Source of the DNA: an uncultured delta proteobacterium
GTDB taxonomy: Bacteria > Myxococcota_A > UBA9160 > UBA4427
Direction: 5' to 3'
DNA: 64,000 bases
Assembly (NCBI GenBank): GCA_963822965.1
Contig: CAWGJT010000012.1
Location: 192,001 to 256,000 of the forward strand
Position 1 is the stretch's first letter. The number at the start of each line of letters is the position of its first letter. Both the position numbers and the translations under genes were made by a program. Positions 1 through 10,720 of the stretch are shown in pieces. The notes beneath the pieces are model-generated. The model saw only the letters and a program-made list of their open reading frames with translations. It had not been told where the DNA came from and searched no databases.

Positions 1-848
1 ACGCCACGTCCACCGCGCTGATCTACGAGCTGATCGCGCGGGAGAACCTCCCCGTGCGGAAGGTCATCGTGGCCAGCTCCCAGGCGACCCTCGGCGAAGG
101 CGCGTACCGGGACGCGCGAGACGAGCTCGTCCTGCCCGGTCTGCGCACGAACGAGCAGCTCGCCCAGGGCCTCTGGGAGATCCAGCCGCGAGCGGAGGCC
201 GGCGAGCGGGGCCCGCTGCGGTGGGTTCCGACGCCCGAGACCGTCGCGAATCCGCAGAACCCGTACGGCATGAGCAAGATCGCCGAGGAGCAGATCGCCC
301 TCAATCTCGGTCGGCGCTGCAAGATCCCGTCGGTCGCGCTGCGCTACTCGATCGTCCAGGGGCCGCGCCAGAGCTTCTACAACGCGTACAGCGGAGCCTG
401 CCGGGTCTTCTGCCTGAGCTTCCACCTGGGTCGGACGCCGGTGATCTACGAGGATGGGAGACAGGTGCGCGACTTCGTGAACATCCGGGACGTCGTCGAC
501 GCGAACCTGCTGGTGCTCGACGACCCGCGAGCCGACTACGAGATGTTCAACGTGGGAGGCGACCGACCCGTCGAGGTCGCGGAGTTCGCCCGGGTGGTCT
601 CCGAGGTCTTCGAGGCTCCCGACTTCGAGCCCGCGCCGAGCGGCAAGTATCGCTTCGGCGACACCCGGCACATCTGCTCCGACATCACGAAGCTGAAGGC
701 GCTCGGCTGGTCGCCCACCCGGTCTGTGCGCGACAGCGTCCGGGAGTACCGCGCGTGGCTGGAGGACTGCGACGTCCGGGACGACATCCTCGACTACTGC
801 AACCGCGAGATGGAGAAGCTCGGCGTCGTGCGCGACGTCGCGAGCTGA
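1..848 (+). CDS. NAD-dependent epimerase/dehydratase (extended SDR), 5' end outside window
   Basis: Frame is open from base 3 (ATSTALIYELIAREN...); YGMSK (YxxxK), LRYSIVQGPRQ and RDFVNIRDVV motifs. Confidence 0.9.
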   Translation, partial: ATSTALIYELIARENLPVRKVIVASSQATLGEGAYRDARDELVLPGLRTNEQLAQGLWEIQPRAEAGERGPLRWVPTPETVANPQNPYGMSKIAEEQIALNLGRRCKIPSVALRYSIVQGPRQSFYNAYSGACRVFCLSFHLGRTPVIYEDGRQVRDFVNIRDVVDANLLVLDDPRADYEMFNVGGDRPVEVAEFARVVSEVFEAPDFEPAPSGKYRFGDTRHICSDITKLKALGWSPTRSVRDSVREYRAWLEDCDVRDDILDYCNREMEKLGVVRDVAS

Positions 849-854
849 ATCCGG

Positions 855-1589
855 ATGAGCGATCGCACGCCGGATCGAAAGGCGCTGGTGCTCGCGGCGG
901 GCCGGGGCACGCGGCTCGCACCGCTCACCGACCGGATTCCCAAGTGCCTGGTCGAGATCGACGGACGGCCGCTGCTGGACTACTGGCTCGACGCCCTCGA
1001 GGCCTGTGCCGTCACCGACGTCCTGGTCAACACCCACCACCTTCCCGAGCCCGTCCGCTCCTTCCTGGCGCACGCGCGGGAGAAGCGGCCCTTCGCGATC
1101 CACGAGAGCTACGAGCCCGAGCTCCTCGGCTCGGCCGGAACGATTGGCCACAACGCGTCCTTCGTGTCGAAGGACGAGCTCTGCCTGATCGTCTACGCGG
1201 ACAACCTCTCGACGGTGGACCTCGGCGCCCTGGTGGCGTTCCACCTCTCCCACGAGGACCCCTGCTCCATGCTGCTCTTCCACACGAGCCGCCCGCGCGA
1301 GTGCGGCATCGCCACGCTGGACGACGCGGGCCGGATCGTGGAGTTCACCGAGAAGCCCGAGGCGCCCGCGAGCGACCTGGCGAACGCCGGGGTCTACGTG
1401 GTGGACGGAGCGCTCTACGCCGAGATCGCCGCCATGGGCGCCTTCGACATCGGATTCGACGTGCTGCCGCGTCTGGTCGGCCGCATGCGGGGCTACGCGT
1501 TCGAGGGCTTCCACCTCGACATCGGCAACCTCGAGGCCCTGGAGCGCGCCCGGCGCGAGGCGCCCTCGCTCTTCGGGAGTCACCCGTGA
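855..1589 (+). CDS. Sugar-1-phosphate nucleotidyltransferase (HddC/mannose-1-P guanylyltransferase-like)
   Basis: LAAGRGTRL..LT..IPKCL signature, ELLGSAG, FTEKP; adjacent to gmhB. Confidence 0.85.
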   Translation: MSDRTPDRKALVLAAGRGTRLAPLTDRIPKCLVEIDGRPLLDYWLDALEACAVTDVLVNTHHLPEPVRSFLAHAREKRPFAIHESYEPELLGSAGTIGHNASFVSKDELCLIVYADNLSTVDLGALVAFHLSHEDPCSMLLFHTSRPRECGIATLDDAGRIVEFTEKPEAPASDLANAGVYVVDGALYAEIAAMGAFDIGFDVLPRLVGRMRGYAFEGFHLDIGNLEALERARREAPSLFGSHP

Positions 1590-2155
1590 AGCGCGCGGTC
1601 TTCCTCGACCGGGACGGGACCATCATCGAGCAGGTGCATCACCTGGTCGACCCCGCGGACGTCGCCCTCATCGAGGGCGCCGCCGAGGGGATCGTCGCGC
1701 TCCGGGAAGCCGGCTACCTCTGCGTCGTGGTGACGAACCAGTCGGTGATCGGGCGCGGCATGCTCGGCGTTCCCGGCCTGCAGAGGGTCCACGAGGTCAT
1801 GAACGCCCGGCTCGCCGAGCGCGGCGCGCGCCTGGACGCGATCTACTTCTGCCCCGACGCCCCCACCCAGGACGACCGAACCCGGGTCGAGAGCCCCGAC
1901 CGCAAGCCGGGACCCGGCATGCTCCTGCGCGCGGCACGCGACCACTCGATCGACCTGTCCGCCAGCTGGATGATCGGCGACAGCGTCGGCGACGTGCTGG
2001 CGGGGCGCAACGCGGGCTGCCGTGCCAGCATCCTGGTCCGCTCGGGATACGGGACGCGATACGCGGACCGGCGGGAGACCTACGACCACCTCACCGACGA
2101 TCTCCGGAGCGCCGCGCGGCTGATCGTCGAAAGCGACACGGGAGAACGAGGATGA
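1586..2155 (+). CDS. gmhB: D,D-heptose 1,7-bisphosphate phosphatase (HAD-IIIA)
   Basis: GTG start overlaps upstream TGA; AVFLDRDGT, VVTNQS, RKPGPGML, SWMIGD motifs (C-terminal part of ORF 221..2155). Confidence 0.88.
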   Translation: MKRAVFLDRDGTIIEQVHHLVDPADVALIEGAAEGIVALREAGYLCVVVTNQSVIGRGMLGVPGLQRVHEVMNARLAERGARLDAIYFCPDAPTQDDRTRVESPDRKPGPGMLLRAARDHSIDLSASWMIGDSVGDVLAGRNAGCRASILVRSGYGTRYADRRETYDHLTDDLRSAARLIVESDTGERG

Positions 2156-3144
2156 AGATTCTGATCACCGGAGGCGCCGGCTACGTGGGCAGTGCCTGTC
2201 TCCGCTACGCCCGGGAGGCCGGGCACGAGGTGGTCGCCTACGACAACTTCGCCGAGGGCCATCCCGACGCGGTCGACGGCGCACCGATGATCCGGGGCGA
2301 CATCGCGGACACCGTCCGGCTCGTCCAGACGATCCGGGACTTCGCCGTCGACGCCGTCATGCACTTCGCGGCGGCGACCAACGTCGGGGAATCCGTCGAG
2401 AACCCCGACTACCACTACTCCAACAACATCGGGGGGACCCTCAGCCTGCTGCGCGCGATGCGGGAAGGGGGCGTGGACCGGATGCTCTTCTCGAGCACCT
2501 GCGCCACCTACGGCATGTCGCCCGTCTGTCCCATGAGCGAGAGCACCCCCCAGGCGCCCTTCTCTCCCTACGCCCGGACCAAGCTCACGGTCGAATGGAT
2601 GATCCGGGACTTCGCGCACGCCTACGGGCTCGGTTTCACCCTGCTCCGCTACTTCAACGCGTCCGGCGCGTCGCCCGACGGTCGATTCGGCGAGTACCAC
2701 GACCCCGAGACGCATCTGATCCCGATCGCCCTCCAGGTGCCGCTCGGACGGCGGGAGAAGCTCCTCGTCTACGGAAACGACTACGACACGCCCGACGGGA
2801 CCTGCCTCCGCGACTACGTGCACATCGACGACCTCGCGTCGGCGCACCTCCTCGCCATCGAGAGCACCACCCCCACCACCGCCGAAGTGTTCAACATCGG
2901 GACCGGCACCGGATGCTCGGTCCTCGAGATCCTCGACGCCTGCAAGTCGGTGGCCGGGAAGGACATCCCGTTCGAGGTCGTGGGCCGCCGGCCCGGCGAC
3001 CCGCCGGCCCTGGTCGCCGATCCGACGAAGCTCATGAGCCAGCTGGGCTGGAAGCCGCGGTACACGGCGATCGAGGACACCATCGCGACCGCCTGGAAGT
3101 GGCATCGGGAGCACCCGGACGGATACGGTCCCCGACCGGCGTGA
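2152..3144 (+). CDS. galE: UDP-glucose 4-epimerase
   Basis: ILITGGAGYVGS, HFAA..VGES, FSSTCATYG, LRYFNASGA, ETHLIP, DGTCLRDYVH, RRPGDP. Confidence 0.93.
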   Translation: MKILITGGAGYVGSACLRYAREAGHEVVAYDNFAEGHPDAVDGAPMIRGDIADTVRLVQTIRDFAVDAVMHFAAATNVGESVENPDYHYSNNIGGTLSLLRAMREGGVDRMLFSSTCATYGMSPVCPMSESTPQAPFSPYARTKLTVEWMIRDFAHAYGLGFTLLRYFNASGASPDGRFGEYHDPETHLIPIALQVPLGRREKLLVYGNDYDTPDGTCLRDYVHIDDLASAHLLAIESTTPTTAEVFNIGTGTGCSVLEILDACKSVAGKDIPFEVVGRRPGDPPALVADPTKLMSQLGWKPRYTAIEDTIATAWKWHREHPDGYGPRPA

Positions 3145-3167
3145 GCCGGCGCGAGACGAGGACGCCC

Positions 3168-4280
3168 ATGGCCGGCGACGCGTTCTACCAGCTCCGCATC
3201 CGGAAGACCCGGATCTTCGCCGGCGTCGCGTTCCTTCTCGTCGTCGGGGTGGTGCTCGTGCTGGGAGAGCTGCTGGTCCGATTCGCGAACCCCCAGCCCT
3301 ACATGATGCCCCGGTACCAGTACTCGCCCCTCTACGGGCACGGCCTGCCTCCCAGCACCGTCATGACCGCCGCGCGGCCCGGCGAATGGGAGTTCCGCTA
3401 CACCATCAACGAGTACGGCTATCGCGGGCCCGCGATCCCCATCTCCAACAGCTACGACCGCACCAACGTCGTCGTGCTCGGGGACTCCTACAGCATGGGA
3501 GTGGGCGTCGGCGACGACGAGGTCTACTCCGCCGTCCTGTCCCACGAGCTCGGGGACTGCTTCGACGTCGTCAATCTCGGCGTCGGAGGCTACGGCCTGT
3601 CCCACGAGATCCGTCGCTTCTACGAGTTCGGTGTGCTCTACCGGCCCCGGGTGGTCGTCCTCCAGTTCTTCCACAACGACCCTTCCGACGACCTGGAGGA
3701 CCGGATCACCCGCGTCGAGGACGGGCGCTTCCGCTTCCGGCCCACCTCCCACCGCGTCGGCTGGCTCAAGCAGATGCTCTCCGACTCCGTGATCCAGTAC
3801 AGCCAGGTCTACAACCTCGCCCGCAACTTCGCCTATCGGACGGTGCGGAGCCGACGACTCGCCGACTCGGAGGAGGCCGTCGTCGCGACGCCGGTGGAGA
3901 CGACCGCGAAGGCCTCGGCCGCGCCGCAGCCGGGAGAGTCGCTCTACATCGATCTGCTCGAGGCGTTCGCAGACGACCTGCAGGAGCGGCAGGTCGACCT
4001 GATCCTGATCGCGGTGAACGGGGCGCTCGATCGCTTCCCGGCCATCGCGCAGCGGGTCGGCGAGCTCGACCGGGCCGGACGCCTGCACTACGTGGAGGTC
4101 GAGGGCTGGTTCGAGGGCGTGAGCGACTACGGCTCGCCGGAAGGACACAGCTGGGGTGCGAAGGCCCATCGGATCGTGGGCGAGAACCTGGCGCGGGTGA
4201 TCGTCTCGGAGGGCACCGGCCCCGGCGGCGCCTGGCCCCAGTGCGACGGCGAGCATCTCTCCGCGCGCGGGGCGCGCTGA
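3168..4280 (+). CDS. Membrane-anchored SGNH/GDSL-family protein (putative polysaccharide O-acetylase or esterase)
   Basis: N-terminal TM segment, INEYGYRG, LGDSYSMG, NLGVGGYG, HND, late GH motif; an alternative GTG start exists at 3141. Confidence 0.75.
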   Translation: MAGDAFYQLRIRKTRIFAGVAFLLVVGVVLVLGELLVRFANPQPYMMPRYQYSPLYGHGLPPSTVMTAARPGEWEFRYTINEYGYRGPAIPISNSYDRTNVVVLGDSYSMGVGVGDDEVYSAVLSHELGDCFDVVNLGVGGYGLSHEIRRFYEFGVLYRPRVVVLQFFHNDPSDDLEDRITRVEDGRFRFRPTSHRVGWLKQMLSDSVIQYSQVYNLARNFAYRTVRSRRLADSEEAVVATPVETTAKASAAPQPGESLYIDLLEAFADDLQERQVDLILIAVNGALDRFPAIAQRVGELDRAGRLHYVEVEGWFEGVSDYGSPEGHSWGAKAHRIVGENLARVIVSEGTGPGGAWPQCDGEHLSARGAR

Positions 4281-4310
4281 AGCGCCCTCGCCCCGGCGAA
4301 AAGAGCGCCC

Positions 4311-5294
4311 TCAGCCCGCCGTTCCGGCCCCCCGAGCCGGCGCCTCCAGACGGGACGCGGGCTCGCTCCGGCGCCTGCGGATGCGCTCGTTCTCCTCGGC
4401 GAGGACGCGCCGCTTTCCCCGCAGCAGGACTCGCCACTCGTACCGCCGGAGATAGCGCCGGTAGGCCTCGTCGCCCATGCGGGGCTCCCCGCGCCACATG
4501 GAGCGAAGATAGCCGTAGAGCGTCAGTAGGGCGCCCACCAGCACGGGCGACTGCGCCGAACGGTAGACGGTCGTGGCGAGCACGAAGGCCAGCGAGGAGC
4601 CGATGAACCAGCGCCCCGTTCCTGCTCGGATGCGACCGCGATAGACGTTCTGCTCGCTGGATCCCACCTCGCGACGGTGGAGGAGCCGGAGCTCCGGCCG
4701 GTCCTCGGACGCGGCGATCCAGCCCTTTACCCGACAGAGGTGACCGTCGATCCCGTCCCAGCCGACCGCTCGGGCAAAGCCTCCGATCTCCCGGAAGCAC
4801 GCCGTACGATAGAGCTTTGCCGGCCCCACGGAGTTCTCGTCGCCCCGCTTCTCGGGACTCATCCGCCCGTCCGGGTGACGGATGTAGACCTTCCCCGAGT
4901 AGGTACCGAGGCACGGGTCTCCCGCCATCTCGGCGAGCGCGAGCTCGAAATAGCGCGGGGGCAGCTCCAGGTCGCAGTCGAGCTTGCAGACGAAGTCGAA
5001 GGCATCCAGATCGATGGAGTCCGCTCCGGCATAGAAGGCGTCGATCACCCCTGGGCCCACCTTCCGCTCGCCGCGATCCTCGCGACGCACCACGCGGATG
5101 AAGGGATGGTCGCGAGCCGCCTGCTCCAGGATCTCCGGGGTCCGGTCGGTCGACCCGTCGTCCACGATCACCCAGAGATCCGGGGGTCGCGTCTGCGCCG
5201 CCATCGTGCGGATGGTGGCCTCGAGATGCACCTCCTCGTCCCGGCAGGGACTGATCACGACGAGCCGCACCGTTCCGGCTTCCCGAGCGCTCAA
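4311..5294 (-). CDS. Glycosyltransferase family 2
   Basis: VVISPCRDEE, IVDDGSTDRT, KLDCD (DxD), GWDGID. Confidence 0.9.
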   Translation of the reverse strand: MSAREAGTVRLVVISPCRDEEVHLEATIRTMAAQTRPPDLWVIVDDGSTDRTPEILEQAARDHPFIRVVRREDRGERKVGPGVIDAFYAGADSIDLDAFDFVCKLDCDLELPPRYFELALAEMAGDPCLGTYSGKVYIRHPDGRMSPEKRGDENSVGPAKLYRTACFREIGGFARAVGWDGIDGHLCRVKGWIAASEDRPELRLLHRREVGSSEQNVYRGRIRAGTGRWFIGSSLAFVLATTVYRSAQSPVLVGALLTLYGYLRSMWRGEPRMGDEAYRRYLRRYEWRVLLRGKRRVLAEENERIRRRRSEPASRLEAPARGAGTAG

Positions 5295-5360
5295 GTCGCG
5301 AGATCCTCCTGAGAACGATGGTCCGACATCGGCGTCACGCGGCCGTGGACGGCACGCGGC

Positions 5361-6830
5361 TCAGCGCGAGCCGTCCCGGCCCCGAGCCCGCCCGGAGCCT
5401 AGGAGTGAGGCCAGGCGAGGCGGGCCGAGATCGGACGCGGGCACGGGCACGGAGTCCGGCGCCCGGCGGTCGGGCCGCACCGGCCCGGCCCGCGCCGGCT
5501 CCCTCGCCGACACGTAGGCCGGCAGGGCGCCTGCGAGCGCACCCGAGGAGAAGATCATGAAGTTCATCAGGAACGCATTCGGGATCAGATCGACGGCATT
5601 CACGATCACGATCATCGCCAGGCCGACCATCTCTAGACGAGCCGTCTTGCCCCGGATCGACCGGTAGCGCCGAGCGACCAGGAGCGCCGGAAGCGTCAAG
5701 AGACCGAAGTGCGTGATGAAGCCCGCCAGCCCCTCCTTGCCGAAGATGATGATCCAGTAGCCGTCGGTCGTGCTCAGGTCTTTGCCCGTCCTCTCGTCGA
5801 AGACCCGGTTGCGGTTCCAGCCGCCCCAGCCGAGGATCGGCCTCTCCAGGGCGTGGTCGAGAAGGAGATCCTCGTTGTAGAAGCGATAGCCCAGGGACGC
5901 GGCGCGCGTCGCGTCGATGTCCGAAGCGAGGGAGACGAGCGTGTCCGTCGGGAAGATTCCGAGCGCCCGGGTCACGGGATAGGTGAGCACGACGACCCCG
6001 AGGAAGAGGACGACGAGCGCCTGCCGTCTCGCGCCGGTGAAGAGCACGACGGGAAGGAGGAAGACGCCGTAGACGATGCTTCCCAGGCTCTTGCAGAGCA
6101 CCAGGACGACGGAGAGGTATCCCACGGCGGGGGTGAGCCGGAACCCGAGGATCTTCGTCCGCGTGCGATAGAGGACCGCGGCGGCCAGCAGCACGCTGAG
6201 CATGAATCGCCCCAGCGCGAGACCGTGATCCATGAAGACCATGGGACGCCAGCCGCCGAAGCGCTTCGCCTGGCTCCAGGACCGGTGGGCCGCGTATCCG
6301 TAGAGCATCTCGTGGAGCCTCGGGCTCATGCGGACCTCCCACAGGGCGAGGAGGCTGTAGCCCAGACCGGCGATGCAGATGAGCAGGAGGAGCTTCCGCA
6401 CGTCCTCGCGGCGACGCACGAGTGCGAGCCCCAGCAGGAAGGGGATGCAGAATGTGGTCGCGCGGACCTGGCTGATGATCAGCGCGTCGTAGAGCTTCAT
6501 GGCCGGCAGCTGACCGAAGGCGTCCCGGTTGACCAGCGCGGTCAGGTAGGGGATGACGAAGATCGCCGCGGCCAGCATGGAGAGCCGGGGATTCCTGCGC
6601 AGCCCCTTCACCAGGGCGGGCCGACGGAGGGCCAGCACCGCGACGAGCGCCAGCAGGGACGCGAGCCGCTCGCGGGTCAGCGGAGGCATCCCCGGCGGGT
6701 CCGGACCGATGCCGGTGGGCAGCAGGATGGCGGAGCCGAGGAGCGCCGCACCCGCCGCCAGGCTGGGCCGGAGGGTGAGGAAGAGCAGGATCGTCACCGG
6801 CGCCCAGAGCAGCAGAGCGAGATTGGCCAT
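5361..6830 (-). CDS. Wzy/O-antigen ligase-like multi-TM polysaccharide polymerase
   Basis: Starts MANLALLLWAP; about 10-12 hydrophobic segments; RFGGWRP, RAASLGYR, ERPILGWGGW, TDGYWII. Confidence 0.75.
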   Translation of the reverse strand: MANLALLLWAPVTILLFLTLRPSLAAGAALLGSAILLPTGIGPDPPGMPPLTRERLASLLALVAVLALRRPALVKGLRRNPRLSMLAAAIFVIPYLTALVNRDAFGQLPAMKLYDALIISQVRATTFCIPFLLGLALVRRREDVRKLLLLICIAGLGYSLLALWEVRMSPRLHEMLYGYAAHRSWSQAKRFGGWRPMVFMDHGLALGRFMLSVLLAAAVLYRTRTKILGFRLTPAVGYLSVVLVLCKSLGSIVYGVFLLPVVLFTGARRQALVVLFLGVVVLTYPVTRALGIFPTDTLVSLASDIDATRAASLGYRFYNEDLLLDHALERPILGWGGWNRNRVFDERTGKDLSTTDGYWIIIFGKEGLAGFITHFGLLTLPALLVARRYRSIRGKTARLEMVGLAMIVIVNAVDLIPNAFLMNFMIFSSGALAGALPAYVSAREPARAGPVRPDRRAPDSVPVPASDLGPPRLASLLGSGRARGRDGSR

Positions 6831-7394
6831 CGCGTTGGGCAAGGAATCCGCCTTCCAGATCGGTGGTGCCGGGCTCGATTCCCCTTCGGCCAGACGTGTT
6901 TTCGAGAGTAGCAGCGCGTCGGTCCGTCTCGGACGCCTGCAGCGCGCAAGGCAGCGCGCGCCCTTGCCCCCCCCTGGGGTCTCCGTCGAGTCGCCCTCCG
7001 CCCTCGGCCCTCGGCCGCCCGCGCCTTCGTGGCACGCCGCTGCTCGAATGGCCGCGCGGGCCGATCGTTGGACGCGATCTCTTCGCTGCGGTCGCTCGAG
7101 TGTGAAAGGTTCCTGTCGGATCGGAATCGCAGGGCCACGACGAGCACGATCCCGCACGCGGGGACGAATTGACATTCGCCCGAGCCCGGGGATCCTTCCG
7201 GCGCCCCCCGCCGCCGGAACGGTGCACGGTACTATTTTCCCGATTCTGTACGAACGATCACAACCTCGCCCCGGCCCGAATCCGAAGACTGGACTCGAAG
7301 CCCGTAGGGTCGGGCAGCAGCATTCGCGGGTCCCGATCGAGATTCGACCGATTGCGCTTTCGCCTCATGGCCAGTCAGCGAGTGGAGATGACCG

Positions 7395-9342
7395 ATGATC
7401 TGGAGACTCGTCCCCCTCTTCTTTTACGTGCTGGTGATCGCTTCCCTCGGCTCCCCTGCCATCGCGCGGGACCAGGCAAGCCTCGGTGACCTCACGATTC
7501 CCGCCGACCGGGTGCCCGAATGGAACGCCGTGCCCCGAACGGACACGAGCGGCTGGAGCGTCTACAACGTCGTCAGCGACGTCTCCAAGCTGAACTCGGA
7601 CTTCGGCGCCTCCTGCTCCAAGGCCACCCTGGGCGGCGGAAGCGATGCTTCGGCGCTCCAGTGCATGATCGATGCCGTGGCCGGATCCAACACCGTCCTC
7701 CTGCTCCCCGCCGGCCAGCTCGACCTCACCAACGACCAGGGTCTCGTGATGCGATCGGGCGTCGTCCTCCGCGGCGTCGGCCCCGCCTCCCTCTTCCACT
7801 TCGAGGGACAGGCGAACTACATGGCGAACTCCTGCAAGTCGCGGAGCTGGATCAACTTCACCGGAACGACCGGCGCCACCACGGACTGGACGGGGGGATA
7901 CACGCGAGGCACCCGCGAGCTCCAGGTCGCCAATGCGGGAATCTTCGCCCCGGGCGACTGGGTCACGGTCCACATGAACTTCGATCCCAACCTCGTGCCC
8001 AGGACTTCGCAGCCGGACATCGACCATCACTTCGAGTACACGGCCCGCGTCGAATCCGTCCGCGCCAACGCCTCGCCCCAGACGATCACCCTCGATCGGC
8101 CCCTTCGCCTCGACTACACCTCCCAGGGAGGGCGCTTCGTTCGCAAGATCAATCCCGTGCAGGGGTCGGGACTGGAGAGCTTCAAGATCGTCAGCGAGGG
8201 GAACGACGGCGGAAACCATCTGGTCTGCTGGCGGAACGCCGTCAACAACTGGTTCGTCGGCATGGAGGCCGGCCCTTTCCCGCACATCGCGGTCCGCATC
8301 GAGAGCTCGGCGGCACGAAACCTGGTCGCGCACAGCTACATGCACGACACGACGGGCGATCAGGGATTCTCGTCCTATCCGGTCAACCTCGTGTTCGGGG
8401 CGTCGGACAACCAGGTCCACGACAACCGCTTCACCAACGTGAGCAAGGCCATCACGATCCAGGCGGGGGCCATCGGCAATCTCCTCACGTACAACTACGG
8501 GAAGGACTGCAACGGGCACCAGCGCCTGATCTTCTTCCACGGCGAGTATCCCTCGGAGAACCTCGTGGAGGGCAACGTCGCCGACACGGGCTGCAACATC
8601 GACATGGACAACCACTGGGGTCCCCAGGGAGAGCGCAATACGTTCTTCCGGAACCGCGGCGTGGACACCCGGGTGACCGGCGTCAAGCCCTACTCCATTC
8701 GTTCCCACATGGACGACTACACGGACCTCATCGCCTATCAGCCCAACCTGCTCCTGAACTTCATGCCCGCCTACTACCAGCCGAAGTTCTGCAAGGCGAC
8801 GCCGGCCGAGGGGGCCTCCTACCAGGACGGGCTCTGCGGCCACTGGAACTTCAAGGCCGGCAACAGCGCGGCCGGGGAAGCTCTACACCGACCCCTGGGC
8901 CGAGCGGAACGTCGGCTACGACCAGAAGAGCTACAAGCAGTGTCGGAACACCGACGACCCCTACCTCTGCTGCTCGAGCAGCGGAAATACCGGGGACAGC
9001 TGCGCCTTCGGTCCGGCCTTCCACTCGAGCATGGGGTCGAACGCCGTCGAGAACTATCAGACGACGGCGCCGCCGACCCAGTGGAGCGGCGACCAGTACC
9101 CCTACAGCCTCGTCACCGAATGGAACGATCCCGACGCGCGCCCGGACGGATGGTGCAAGGAGATCACCGTCTGGCCGCTGATGGGAGCGGACGTGGATTC
9201 GCTGCCCATCTCGGGCCTGCAGAAGCAGCCCGCCCATCGGCTCTACGATGGCGATCCCTGCACGCCGATGGACGGCATCTACGTCACCCCGCCGCCTCCG
9301 CCGCCGGCGGATCCGCTGCCGCCGCCCGTCCTGCTCGACTGA
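7395..9342 (+). CDS. Secreted right-handed beta-helix (pectate-lyase-3-like) glycan-active protein, ~648 aa, with a +1 frameshift near 8870
   Basis: Signal peptide; DASALQCMID..TVLLLPAG..VVLRGVG start typical of beta-helix folds; Asn-rich coils; coding continues in the next frame (LYTDPWAERN...PPPVLLD*) and a strong hairpin follows. Confidence 0.7.
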
Positions 9343-9351
9343 ACGGTCCCG

Positions 9352-9385
9352 GAAGCGGAGGAGGCGGCAACGCCTCCTCCGCTTC
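9352..9385. terminator. 15-bp GC hairpin with GCAA tetraloop between convergent genes
   Basis: GAAGCGGAGGAGGCG-GCAA-CGCCTCCTCCGCTTC perfect inverted repeat 10 nt after the stop at 9342. Confidence 0.7.
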
Positions 9386-9416
9386 TCCGCTCCGTTCCTC
9401 GCGCTCGGGCTTCGAT

Positions 9417-10367
9417 CTACTTGAGATGCTCGAGATCGATCGCGTTCTGGCGGAGCTTCACGGCCTTGCGGTAGCCCTCGGACCCGACGAGGCCGGCGAG
9501 CCTCGCCTCGATCCACAGCCGGGGCCCGTAGCGGCGAATCCCCCCGAGCGCGCGCCGAACGCGGTGGTCGCCGTAGAGCGCCAATCGCTCGACCTCGCCC
9601 GGCCCGCGCGGCGCCGGCCCGCTCGGCGCGTAGCCGCGGTCGGCGAGCAGCGCGCCGCATCGCGCCTCCAGACGAGCCAGCTCCCGGCGCGACATCCGCT
9701 GCTTCCACTGCGAGGCGAGTCGCGGGTCCGGCCGGCTGTAGGTCGAGTCCTCGTCGTAGCGAAGCATGGCCTCCTCGTACTCCAGACCGAGGAACTCGCA
9801 GAGCCTCGCGAGCTCCCGCTCCGGCGCCTCGACCAGGTCCTCGTAGCGCAGCTCGTAGCGCTGTGACGGACGCGTCCGTTCGACGAGACGGTCCCACCGC
9901 CGCTCCGCCTCCAGCCAGATCCCGACCCCGTGATAGGTGTTGCCCGCCCATCCCTGGACGACGCACGACCGGGCCACGTCCCGCGGATCGCGCAGCAGGT
10001 GGACGTAGCGCGCGTCCGGCCACAGGTCGGGGCAGCGATGGAACTTGCTGTGGATCGTGATGGCGACTTCCGGGCGCCCATCCGCCTCGTGCTTCTGGCG
10101 CAGGAAGTCGCGAACGAGATCCGGATACTCGAGGCTCCGGTCGATGGTGAAGCCCGAACGAAGGAAGGGGCGATGGGTCTCGAGATAGCGATAGTAGTCC
10201 GCGAGCGCGGGCCAGCCTTCCTCGTCCAGCGCCGCCACCGCCTGCTCGAACTCGCTCGACCAGGCGATCCGGGAGTGCTGACGCAACATCAAGCGGAGCA
10301 TCGTCGTCCCGGATCGCAGGGCGCCGACGATGATGATCGGCGATCGCGCGATTCCCGGACCCGACAT
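9417..10367 (-). CDS. Sulfotransferase (PAPS-dependent)
   Basis: IIVGALRSGTTMLR (5'-PSB), HLLRDPRDVARS (3'-PB), LRYEDLV..PE. Confidence 0.9.
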   Translation of the reverse strand: MSGPGIARSPIIIVGALRSGTTMLRLMLRQHSRIAWSSEFEQAVAALDEEGWPALADYYRYLETHRPFLRSGFTIDRSLEYPDLVRDFLRQKHEADGRPEVAITIHSKFHRCPDLWPDARYVHLLRDPRDVARSCVVQGWAGNTYHGVGIWLEAERRWDRLVERTRPSQRYELRYEDLVEAPERELARLCEFLGLEYEEAMLRYDEDSTYSRPDPRLASQWKQRMSRRELARLEARCGALLADRGYAPSGPAPRGPGEVERLALYGDHRVRRALGGIRRYGPRLWIEARLAGLVGSEGYRKAVKLRQNAIDLEHLK

Positions 10368-10720
10368 GGCTTCCTCCCGATGGCCGGCCGTACCGGCAGG
10401 GTCCCTGCGAGGACGCACCGCCGACTCCGGGGCTCGCCGCTCGCGATCCGGCCCCCGGCCCCTGGCGCCCCGAAGGCGGTCTCCGGTGCAAGGTCCCGGT
10501 GCCGAACATAAATCGGCAGCGGCGGATTGCGCCATGAGCCCGGCGGGCGCACGCTCACCGAATCGAGCCCGACCCTCCGATCCGCGCGAAACCTTGCCTC
10601 GGAAGCGGGCCACCCACCTTGGGCCGCGCAGCTCCTTCCAACGGTGCGCGGAGGACTTCCACCCAACGCGCAGGCTCCTTCCCCACCGCTGCGCAGCTCG
10701 AGTGAAGGCGAGAGGCACCC

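Noticed and set aside
7030..7044. Sigma-54 promoter TGGCACGCCGCTGCT upstream of the beta-helix gene
   Set aside because: GG-to-GC spacing is one base short of the strict -24/-12 geometry.
7169..7196. Sigma-70 promoter with a perfect TTGACA
   Set aside because: No convincing -10 hexamer at 16-18 bp spacing (GATCCT at best).
8880..9866. C-terminal third of the 823-aa ORF 7395..9866
   Set aside because: Low-complexity out-of-frame translation that crosses a hairpin and overlaps the sulfotransferase antisense; better explained by a frameshift.
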